Origin: Macrostomum lignano
Lineage: Eukaryota
DNA: 64,000 bases
Assembly (NCBI GenBank): GCA_002269645.1
Contig: NIVC01000795.1
Location: forward strand, 186,001 to 250,000
Reading direction: 5' to 3'
How positions within the stretch are numbered: the first letter of the stretch is position 1; every line of letters begins with the position of its first letter. The notes under the pieces are model-generated. The model saw nothing but the letters and a program-made list of their open reading frames with translations, had not been told where the DNA came from and ran no database searches. Shown here in pieces: positions 49,671 through 60,196 of this stretch. The position numbers were made by a program, and so were the translations under genes.

Positions 49671-50817
49671 ATATTTTAATAGTAAACAGTTTATAGAAAA
49701 TTCACTGTCCGACCCTGTGTACTGGACATTGTGTACTAGAAAAGCTGACGCATCCAAGCAAAGGTTTGACAACCCAAGGTTGTAAGTAGTTTGGGGGCCA
49801 CTGAACCCCTCAAAATAGTTTGATGAAAATAATAACCGAGGGAAGAGGGCTGACTGGCTTATGCCTTCACTAAAAAGCCTAGGGATTAGGCCAGAAAAAT
49901 CGATACAATCTCTGCAGTCAGAGAGCAAACTGGGTGAATAGGAGCTTATATCTCTCTCTTGTTCTCGCTGAGGTAGTACCTCAAAGAGAATTTTTCCAAA
50001 AACCCCCTTCAGAAAAAACTACTTAATAGGCTTTTTTTCTGCTATCTTCTACTTACGAGATAGAAATGCTTTCAAAAACACTGGCCTCTACAGGCCCTAT
50101 TGTGACTTAGAGGTTCGCATCTCAAACTCGCAGTTCCGAATATTATTCAAGGCAGTGTATATTTCTTAGTCAACGAGAACGCTTAGACGCAATGCCAAGC
50201 AATGAATGGTTGAGCAGTGAAGGGTTAGCCCTCAAGCAGTTTCTCTTTGTGCCCTGGTTAGGCAACCATCAACCCCCTCTCCAAAGCATTGCTGCCAGTC
50301 CTCTGTGTCAGGCGTTCGCATCCTGCCGGCTTGGCCCTCAAACCTGAGTTCCCTTTGGGCGTTGAGATCGGCTAGTCTAGAGTTCGTCTGTTTGGTAGCC
50401 GTGGTCGAGACGCGTTAGGTTAGTTCTTTTTTCCACTCCGATGCAAATGCTTTTGTTGTGCTTACAAGAGGAAAAGGTTTTCTGCTACCAAGCCACAGTG
50501 CGCCAGGCAGGTGCTCTGTTTCTATGATTTATAAAGAGACAAAATTGTGCACGTGCACCCGCGCCTCCGAGGATGAAGGTTTCATTTTTGAGTTGTACCG
50601 ACGGAGAGTACCGCTTGATCTGATCACTGCAAGCTTTCTGCATTCTGCTGCACAAACTCGGTTATTGAAAGCCAGGTAGCTCGTAATTCATATTCCCAAT
50701 TCATTACTTTGAATGCATGACTTCCAGCCCCATTCTCCGTTCTAATCTAGATTGGCTGAATCTCATCGCACAAAATCCTATCTCTACAAATCTAATCTTA
50801 GCCATGACTTAGCCATG

Positions 50818-51193
50818 ACAAACAGTATTGCACATCGTTGCTGGCGGTGACAAGAAACTCTTGGAAGCACTGCGAGAAAAGTTGACAACCCTTAAATTAG
50901 AAAAACTCATTGCCGATCGCGATGGCAGAGGCAGAAACGCTATCGGTCTGTCTTGGTTCCGCAATCTCACGCTATTTGTTTTCCTCCTGCTGGTAAACAT
51001 TGTGATGGTTAACCTGCTGATCGCTCTGTTCAGCCTTCGGGTGAGCTCGATTCACAGTAAGGCCATCGGAATCTGGAGACAGGGATATTTTGAGCTGCTT
51101 CGCGAGTACCAGCGGCGAGCTGCACTGTACCGGTACTGCTGTTGCATCAACCGAAAATGTTCGCGAGTTGGTCCTGACAGAAAACCAGAGTCT
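50818..51193 (+). pseudogene. Internally deleted TRP paralog: ankyrin fragment fused in frame to the pore-S6-TRP helix
   Basis: QTVLHIVAGGDKK...DRDGRGRN joins directly to AIGLSWFRNLTLF...LLREY. About 2.1 kb of copy 1 (44096-46197) and the first 1.1 kb of CDS are missing. Donor GTGAGT is retained at 51194. Confidence 0.85.
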
Positions 51194-51246
51194 GTGAGTT
51201 CGGCTTTTACTTACTTGACTTGGCTGCGGAGGGCCCGGGCATCCGG

Positions 51247-51784
51247 CAAGGACTTCTAGACTAACAGGACGTAAAACTCAAAGATCGTGCAATTTTTTGG
51301 AGGCTACGATTTCCTGGAAAGATAGGAAAAAATCAGTTTTTCGTCACAAAATCAGTAATTGTATTTGATCTGGGGCAGTGAAGACTACCATTCTTTTAAT
51401 TTAACATGCACAACCTGTTACTCTATTATATTTTCATATAGCTGTGTAGTGAAGTTTTAATTTTCAAATTGTTTTCACTTTATTTCATAAGCCCAAAGTT
51501 GCAAATACTAACAAGTGGCATTAGCCAAACTTTTTGTGTTGTTCTTTTTTTAAATAAAGTATAGTTGTAATAAAAACATAGCATGTAGGTACTGTTAGTC
51601 TTAAGCTATTTTTTTTCTAAACTGATTTTTAGGTTAGGATTAGTTTAGTTTAGTTTAGTTTAGTTTTATTTTATCAGAAAACGGATTTTTCCTATCTTCG
51701 CAGTGTATTTTTTCCAGGAAATCGTGGCCTCCATAAAATTGCACGATGTTTGAGTTTTACGTCCTGTAAGTCTAGAAGTCCTGG
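51247..51784. mobile_element. CAAGG-family MITE with long TIRs and 8-bp TSD
   Basis: About 70-bp TIRs caaggacttctagactaacaggacgtaaaactcaaa... and ...tttgagttttacgtcctgtaagtctagaagtcctgg; TSD gcatccgg at 51239-51246 and 51785-51792; the empty site in copy 1 is at 46845-46852. Confidence 0.88.
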
Positions 51785-52487
51785 GCATCCGGATGCAGCG
51801 GGAAGGCGTTGACGCCCGTTGGGCCAGCGACTTGGCCACCTCGAGCAGCTAGTGCTTCCCCTTTGAAGAGTGGATGATCCGCGCCTTATAGCATCTAGGT
51901 GGGGGATGATGTGGCGGAAATTCTCGGGTCTAAAAACTTCGGTAACATCGATGTTTGGGGCAAGATTGCTCGTAGGTGTGTAAAGGCGATGCAGTCACAG
52001 ATAAAGTGTTCCGCATTCTCAACGCTGGAGAAGCAAAAGGGCATTCCTCACTGCGGATTTTCCCTGAAAGTATTAATGCCTGGCGATGTCGCCATGGGCT
52101 GAGATTGAGAGGGCGTCCAAGAGGTGGAGTCTAAGCAAAACCTTACGAAGGGTAAAAGCTTGGCTTCTCACGGGCTGTTCAAAAATGTAACTTTTGTCCT
52201 GGGAGTGGAAGGGGTATGGATGTTAAACTTGTACTGGATTGGGAATAAGCTGAACGAAACGCTAGAAAATGAATTTCAAGTGCTGATTTGTAATTTGCAA
52301 TAATTACAGTGTGTTGTGTGGTCGGACCCTAGATCCAAAACGCTAGAACACAGTAGAGCATTATCTTTTATAGTAAAAATCCTCCGCCTGCCAACTCTTT
52401 AAAGGAAAAAGACGCTGATCAAGGTGGACCAAAGTACTCCGCGACTTTCCTGCAGTATCTGTATCACCAAGCTCTGCTGTTGCGTAG

Positions 52488-53322
52488 GATTCGTCCGAAA
52501 CTGTCGCGAGAAGTGGAGAAAAATCGAAGTGACTTCGAGCAGCTGAAAGCGCACTCCGAGAATAGCCTGGCAAGAGTGCATGCTGAGATTAGCGAGGATC
52601 TGACCTACTTAAAACGCAGGCTAAATGAAGTCGAACACGCTCAGAATCTGCCCGAACGCGAACAAAACAAAGCGAGGCAGGTTGAAGAACATTCGAAACC
52701 CGCTGACCGATCCCAGAGCCTGCAGAAGGCTGCAGCTGGATCTGCAGAACGGCAGCTGGGCCAGCATAGGACTGCAGCTGGATCTGCAGAACGACAACCG
52801 AGCCAGCAGAGGGCTGCAACTGGATCTGCAGAACGGCAACCGAGCCAGCAGAGGGCTGCAGCTGGATCTGCAGAACGACAACCGAGCCAGCAGAGGGCTG
52901 CAGCTGGATCTGCAGAACGACAACCGAGCCAGCAGAGGGCCGCAGCTGGATCTGCAGAACGACAACCGAGCCAGCAGAGGGCTGCAGCTGGATCTGCAGA
53001 ACGACAACCGAGCCAGCAGAGGGCTGCAGCTGGATCTGCAGAACGACAACCGAGCCAGCAGAGGGCTGCAGCTGGATCTGCAGAACGACAACCGAGCCAG
53101 CAGAGGGCCGCAGCTGGATCTGCAGAACGACAACCGAGCCAGCAGAGGGCTGCAGCTGGATCTGCAGAACGACAACCGAGCCAGCAGAGGGCTGCAACTG
53201 GATCTGCAGAACGGCAACCGAGCCAGCAGAGGGCAGGAGAGGCGAGGCGCGATCGTCGACTACCGAGGAATTCGCAGGGGACTGTTGGTAGTCTAGCCAA
53301 GCGTAAACAAATTTCTGCCTGA
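52488..53322 (+). CDS. Paralogous coiled-coil exon with expanded 14-aa repeat, copy 2 (coding status uncertain)
   Basis: Open frame homologous to 47479-47824, with about 12 copies of AAAGSAERQPSQQR. Confidence 0.45.
52728..53232. repeat. 42-bp minisatellite (gctgcagctggatctgcagaacgacaaccgagccagcagagg), about 12 copies
   Basis: Read directly; a single unit exists in the paralog at about 47719-47760. Confidence 0.95.
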
Positions 53323-53652
53323 GAAAATTACGGAATCGTATTTCTAAGAAACAAGTGTTTAAGTTGCAGAATGAATTTCGATTGTGAGTTCACAATCTGT
53401 TCAGTTCATTTCTTAGATGATTGAGAATTAGCGATTAACAGAATCAGTTTGTATAAAATTTCATGGGAAAGACTCCACGAATGTTTCGAAATTATTTAAT
53501 CATCTAACGGGAAAGGACATATACGCACTGACGATAAACAATTTTAAAATTTTTCAGCATGCTTTAAAACAAATCTTATTCCAGTTTTCCAATTATGCGC
53601 GCTACTTTTGTCTTCTGGTTTAAAAGTCGACAAATTATTTTTTTGCTTCTTA

Positions 53653-55012
53653 CTCCGGCTGTCCGGAAAGTCGTGAGAATGTATTTAAAAAATCAGTCAG
53701 AACTATCAAAAAACACGATAACAGCACTAGTTGGTAATGTAATCTCCCCTTGCGTTGATTACAGCTTGGCAATGGTCAACGAGTCGCTGAACCTCTCTTT
53801 TCAAGCAATCTTCGTCAAGGCCTCTTGCCCATTGCAACGCAGCTTCTCGAACTTCATTATGGTCGCTGAACACTCGCCTGGAGAAATCATTCTTCATCCA
53901 ACTGAACAAAAAACGGTCGCACAAATTGAAGTCTGGGCTGTAAGGACTCTGAAACACCAGCTGAACTCCACGGGACTCCATGTACTGCTGCACAGAACGA
54001 GCCACGTGAGGTCGCGCATTGTCCCACTGCCAAAGAACACCCGACAGGTGAATTGGCCTTGACCTCAGAGTACGCCATAGGTCTCCGGTGTGCCGAATGA
54101 ACTTAACTATGCCATTTGCATCAACAGTTTGCTTTGGGGCTGTGGATTCAATGGAGAAGCGCTTGTTTGGAGTAAAAGCAACCAGAAGCATTGTCTTTGC
54201 ATTGCCGACCGAGTGCCTGACAACCTGGGGCCGATGATCCCCTTGGCCAAGCCAGCACCTATTGTTTTGCTTTGTGCCAGTGTTGTTCAGGTACACCCAT
54301 GTCTCATCTTCCACCACGTACTTGTCGCAAAAGTTTTCCACCCCCTTGTTGTAAAAAAGCCTGCGAATTTGCTTGGCACAATTGATGCGAGCAGTCTTGT
54401 TCTCCTCGGATAGAGCATGCGGAACCCAGACAGCAGAAACGTTTCGAAGGTGCAAATCCTCAGTAAAAATTTCGTGCACTGTTGTTTTTCAAACTTCCAA
54501 AAAGTCAGCGAGGTCTCGGACACAACTTTTGGATCCTCTTCAACGAGAGCTCGGCAGGTTTCGATCAGTTCCGCTATCCTTGTTGACCGTGGCCGGCCAG
54601 TCCGAGGAGCTGAGACCGGGGGAAATGCTTCGTCACGGAACTTCGAATACCATCTGTAAACCGTTGACCGACCTGGTGCAGCATCTCCATAAACTTTGAG
54701 CAGCTCGTCATGGCAGCTGAGAGCGCAGATTCCAAGACGGTATCTAGCATAGGCATAACCCTGGACAGCTGGAAGTCTTCCATTTTGAAGAACTTGCTGT
54801 CAAAATTTTCAAACTTGATCACCGCGTTGCATTTGCTATTGAGCACTTTATACTGAGCTCGCCCCTGCCCCCCAATTTTGCTACTAGAATAACAAGAATT
54901 TTCACCATAGACATATATAAGTCTATTATTGAAAATTTCTGTGTGCCACGTCAACAGCTTGCTGCTTTCTTGCTTAATTGACACATTCTCACGACTTTCC
55001 GGACAGGCGAAG
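53653..55012 (-). mobile_element. mariner (DD34D) transposon, full length (1360 bp), with inactivated transposase
   Basis: 30-bp TIRs ctccggctgtccggaaagtcgtgagaatgt and acattctcacgactttccggacaggcgaag (2 mismatches), with TA TSD on both sides. Motifs WVPHAL, EDETW, WDNARPH and YSPDFNLCD, with 34 residues between the second and third Asp. The N-terminal HTH (YGDAAPGRSTVYRWYSKF) is separated by a TGA and at least two frameshifts. Confidence 0.95.
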
Positions 55013-55372
55013 TAATTAAAGACATTTATCCGGATTCTATTTATATATGAATCTGTAATATTGATAAAAACAATTGAAAAGGCTAATAATAAGGCTATTT
55101 AAGTATTTTTAAATATTAGCCAATACTCTTAAAGACAAACTAGATGTATCGCTAATGGATGCCGTGTTAGTCTGATAAAAAGTTATATATATTTTAACTG
55201 TCTAAAACATGCACCTGTCACTCTATTCTAATACTTTCTGTGATACTCCATCGAATATTTCAGCTCTAAAATAATTACTAGTACACTAAACTTTTCGTGC
55301 TATTTATACTGCATATTTTCCTCTATTTATATTAGAGTTCCTAACCAATACAGAATTCAAACACGTTGACAT

Positions 55373-55738
55373 TTTTTTTATTAGAGGCAGGGGGGTTGTG
55401 TGCACCCTGGCGCACTTTAAGCGACATAGGCACACAACCGGCGAGAGGCATTACTGCCCATTCCGCCGACTCCCCTGAGCAGGCACGCAAGCGCGCGGAT
55501 ACGTACGCAGGCACACACTCACACAGGAGTGTACAGCGGCCCAAACTTTATTTTATCGTTAGGCATGTACACTTCACTGCGCCTTGGGGGGTTGGCTCTC
55601 AAGGCCGTTAATTGCACGAGCAGAGCCAAGCCGAAATTCCAATTCAGCTCCAAATTAATGTGGCTGCACTTGGAATCGAGCCTGGGCCACTGGCACACCA
55701 GAGCCTGCTCTAGACCGCTGGGCTACGGCCCCCTACCG
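55373..55738 (-). mobile_element. tRNA-derived SINE, family A (copy 2)
   Basis: Minus-strand head GGGGCCGTAGCCCAGCGG (A box) ... GGCTCGATTCC (B box); body shared with 12029-12341; A-rich tail. Confidence 0.82.
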
Positions 55739-56142
55739 GTAGACATTAGTTGCATTTACTTGTGCAGTTATAAAAATATTGATTATTAGCTTCCAAGTCC
55801 GTCGCTTGTATTTCTGAAAAAAAATTCTACACGTTCATAGCTTGGTCGAGAGATGGCGACTTGTTGGTCTGTTCTGCTACTGAGATACAGGTCGTACAAA
55901 TACGTTGGGTTGGAGAGATGTTTGTTGCTCTTTGCAACATTTTATACCAATAACATGTTTTTCAAGAGTACTGCGTCCGTGACACTCAGGCTTCGCTTGA
56001 GCTCAGCGCCGACTGTAGCATGTTCACCAGGTCCTGAACTGTGGACCTGGAGATCGGCTTCACTCCAGAGTCATTGTTGCCGTTGGCGCTCACGCCGCCG
56101 CCGCCGCCGCCGCCGCTTGACCTTCTGCGGGACAATTTCTTT

Positions 56143-57384
56143 TTATGATCGCCGGAAGTTCCGCTGTTTTGCAGCTGCTTTGCCGGTGCCTGCGCCATCG
56201 TTGGCTCCGACTTGTCGCTGTCCTTGCGCTTCCCTTGGTCGGGTCGGCGCCGCTTCACCAGAATCTTTGTGGCGCGAACTGCGTGAATTGAAGTTTCGGC
56301 CTGGACTGCGTGAGCTCACCGCTACTCCCGGTCTTCAACAATGATAGATCTTAGCTTCCAACCAATTGTTTTCTACAATTCTTGCTACTTACTGGAAAGC
56401 AAAAAATTGTCCCTTACCCATCTTCGGCTTCTTCGAGGCGGCGCTGACTGTCGTGGCCTGAGTTGTTGCCGTCTGCGTTGCATGCTGAGCAGCCGTCTGA
56501 GGCGCCTCCGCTGGCTCTGACCGACTCTGACGGCTGCGCGAGTTTGAGTCCGCGGCGCCGCCACCGCCTCCTGCGCCGGATGTCCGTCTGGCTCGACTTC
56601 GAATACGACGCGCACCCGCCGAATCGCCTGACGTCGACGCCACTTCGACTCGCTTGTCGGTGGCGGCAGCGGCGGGTTCACCAGGCGCAGCTGACGATCC
56701 CGACGATCGAATCCGCTTTGTTCTGACGACTTTGCGCACAACGCGCCGACGCTTCGAGCGTTGCGCATTGGGATCGGCCGGACCGGCAGCCGACGCGGCA
56801 GAATTGTGATGCGCGCTGCGTACCGGCAGAGGCTGCTGCTGCTGCAGCAAAGATGCCTGGCCCGATGACGTAACTGCCGATGCCGAGGTCGAAGAGGCAT
56901 CAACGGAAACTGCCAGCGACTGAGCGGAGCGGACAGTTGCAAAACTGAGTCGCTGGCGGCAGGACTGGCAATGCGACAAGCGAGTGATGAGAGCTTTGAT
57001 TTCCTCCAGGCCAGCCACAGCTTGTGCCATTAGGTCTTGGTCGCAGTCATTGTCGCTGCTGTTCTTGACTACTTGTTGCGTCGAGAGCAATGGTTGTTGC
57101 TGCGGCTCCTCCCGCGGCTTCTGCTGCTGCTGCTGCATGTCCTGCTGCGGCTGCTTCGCCTGTGCAGCGGGCAGCGCAGAGTTCTTATTTTCAATTGGCG
57201 TGGCGTCCAAGCTGGCCTGATCGTCCGAGCCCTCGTCCGTCGTGGTGTCGTAGATGCAGATCACCCGCTTGTTCTTGCCGTCCTTCAGGCGGCCAACTTT
57301 CGGTTGCAGGACGGCTGCGCCGGGCTTGGCGGCAGAGGCGCCGCCAGCCGCCGACTGGCCCGCGTTGTTGTTTTCGTCCATCAT
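56143..57384 (-). CDS. Orphan low-complexity, basic, probably disordered protein (two-exon model)
   Basis: 331-aa GC-rich ORF from ATG 57384 with KRRRVVRKVVRTKRIR and a CQSC motif. Donor GTAAGT at 56392 and acceptor at 56333 give a 60-nt intron and an open exon 56332-56143. An alternative donor near 56415 would give a shorter product. No family recognised. Confidence 0.55.
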
Positions 57385-57599
57385 CGCCTGAGGCTGGACA
57401 GAATGAGCTGTTTGAAAGTGAGCTGCTGCGCTGGATCGGCTTGGCTTAGCTATGAGTGCTGCCTTTCCTAGAGAGCTTGAAGCTGCGTTTCGGCGGCTGT
57501 TTTGTCTGTGGCCCGGAGCCCACGAAGTCTAGCGTAGCTAGGCTGCTATTTTAGCGCACTCTTATCAAATTAGTTTTACTAAAGACTAATAAGACTACT

Positions 57600-57935
57600 G
57601 GGGGTTTTAGCCTAGTGGTTAGAGCGTCGGACTCAAGACTTGAAGGTCGGCGTTCGATTCCCGATCCCACTGGAACAGTTTGTGTCCTTGAGCAAGACAC
57701 TTAACTCTGCATTGCTTCAGCTCACCCAGCTGTAAAATGGGTGCCAGCATTAGCTGGGGTAATTGAGGGCGTGTGTGGCGACCCCCTCCCCCATTCCTTG
57801 GACTGAACAGCCGTACGCAGCCTTCAGATGCGCTGCGCAATAGCTGCGGCTGAGCTGTCGGTTGCACATCTGGCCCAATTGGGGCAGGTGCAATCAGTTA
57901 TTACTATTTTATATTATTGTTATTATTACTATTTA
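57600..57935 (+). mobile_element. tRNA-derived SINE, family B (copy 2)
   Basis: A box TAGCCTAGTGG, B box GTTCGATTCC, CORE-like gtgtccttgagcaagacacttaac...ctgtaaaatggg, (tta)n-like tail. Confidence 0.85.
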
Positions 57936-60196
57936 CTAAAGACGTTACATACATAATACATAAATTGCTATACAACAAAGTCGATTGCGGCGGGCATACT
58001 TCTAAGATTTGTTTATTTTCATCTAGAAGCTACTGAGCCCCTCAGTCAGGCTGCTCACCCTTCTGGACAAATTCATTTCATTTCTAAACGAGGCCAAACT
58101 CATAGACTAGCAAAGAAATTTCAAGTTGCATTATTTTAGATTCAACCATCGAAAAGCATTTCCTTCCTATTATGAAAAAAAGACACAGAGAAGAATGCAA
58201 GAGAGACAAATCAGGCTCGCCCATTGCCCCCCCCCCCCTCCCAGCTATACTGCAACTTGACATTGTTGTGTTTGAGCTGCTTTTGAAATATTATTATTTG
58301 CAGCATTGTGCGGTCGGGGCTGGGCACAGTGGCCAAGCTTTGAGTCCCTCTTGGAGGAGGGGGCAGTTTGGAAGCGAGGGACGCCCCCCCCAGCCCCACA
58401 CTTACTTTTCTGCACGCAAGTTCGAGTACAACAGCAGCTGACCTGTCTCCCCTCCCCAGCTCGAACCTAACTGCTCACTGCATCACCCTCATCTGACAGA
58501 GGGGTGTGGGGGAGTTGCACATTCTTGTTAGAACAATGGAGAGCTCTGGCAGAAACCTGACAGCGCCATAAAAGGTAATAAAAAAGGCCACCTGTAGGCC
58601 GCGAGGCATTTGCCAGAAGCATCAAAAGTTTTCAATTCAAAGCAGAGTGCACCGACTTTCGCCGAGATCTTCACCGTTGAATTGTGCCAGAAGTCGAGCG
58701 CAGCACTCGGTTGTTGCTATGGCAACCAACGGTGACACAGTGTGGCTGCCTACCGATTACCACGAGCGACTAAAGGTGAGCGAGCAATGGAACTTAGGAC
58801 AGGGAGGGAGGCGGTTGACAGGGCTGACTGTGCTGACTTCCCAAGTACCTCGCGCGTACATCTTGCAACTTGCCCTGTCTCGGTAGTTGGTGAGGAAGTT
58901 CTACGAGTTGTTAACAAGTGTCGGATTTCTCCAACAAGGCAAGCAAACTTCAGGCGTGAGAATTCTCAGCGCGATGGTGTCGCACCTCTCTCTCCCTCTC
59001 TCTCTTCGGATTTCTGTTGCGCGCGTGTTGAGTGAGGTTTCTAAGCAAAAAGCATAGGCAAGAGTCTTAGTGAATTACTCAGACTGGTGTAGCACTTGGC
59101 TTAAGCAACGCAAAAGCATCAGCCTATTGGCGGTTTGCAAATTGGTCAGGTGAGGAGAATAAGTATAAAAAATTGCCGCACAGAATTAATTTTACATTAT
59201 TCATTTATGCCCCTGAATTCTGTCGCTGAAATTCACTGCAAAGGTGCAGTTTGTACTCATGTGGGCGCAAACAATGAATTTATTATTGTAGCAAAAGAGT
59301 CCATCGCTTTGCCCCTACAAAATCGTGTGGGGGATGCCCCCACTGGGATGCCCCGCCGACACGTGTCTGCGGATCGCTTGTTAGTAAGTGCAAGCAGTGC
59401 CCACCCGCGGCTTCTTTTAGAGAGTAGAAAGAGTATCTAGCTGAGCTCATGAAGGCGCTTCAGCCACGAACTCGGCAGAAGCAAACAACGCGACGCGGGA
59501 ACAACTTATGAAGACGGTTTGAGTTTAGCGAAGGGCCCGCGAAAGACAATGAATGAACGAATGGATCGAGAGACAGGGGGGCCGATGGAATGCCAGCCCA
59601 GGTGGGGGTGCTTTGGGCGAATGGAGAGGCAAGCCAGAAAAGCCAGAAAAGCAATGCTCTCAGCACAATTTACCAGTGGGGTGGGGTGGGGGGGAGAGAG
59701 ACATTGTTTACGCGATTTCGCAGTCGAATAGCAAGAAAACTTGAAGCAATGGAATGAGAGAGGGGTGGGCAGAAGGAGAGCCGGGGATTGGAGAGTTTTG
59801 CACTATCAGAGCAGAGCCAAAGGTGGCCAGCAAATATCAGAGCCGGTGAGAGGTCGAACGAGCACCTGAAGCCGCCGGAGCTCTATAGGAGTGGCAGAGC
59901 CAGCGAAACTGCAGACGCAGAGAGCACTCGTCCACCCCTTCGCCCAAAGTCGCATAATAAATACTTTAATGCCAAGCTGCCAAGCACTTGCTTCCATAAT
60001 AAGCTGGAGTAAGAACTCAGATAAGCATTTTTATAATAGCTAGGATTTTGCTTGTGTATATGAGACTGTCAATGCGCTTTGCAGATAGCAAATAGTACAG
60101 CTGATTAAATAGGTTATCTTTGATGCTCCAAGCCTGTAAGCGGCTTTCCTTGAGATAATACTTAGTGAAGCCAATAGCAGAGTCGAGCAGTCAGCC

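Larger units (their letters stand above)
50480..55335 (+). repeat. Second copy of a tandem segmental duplication (first copy about 41250-48345)
   Basis: Paired blocks: 41290-41480 with 50515-50700; 43977-44095 with 50818-50936; 46196-46470 with 50935-51215; 46826-47900 with 51790-53400; 48170-48340 with 55155-55330. Confidence 0.88.

Noticed and set aside
54574-54984. 136-aa minus-strand ORF upstream of the transposase
   Set aside because: Mostly an out-of-frame reading of the mariner 5' region; the real HTH is in another frame.
57600-57672. tRNA genes at the tRNA-like heads (also 34645 and 55738)
   Set aside because: The acceptor and anticodon stems do not close, and the heads continue into shared SINE bodies.
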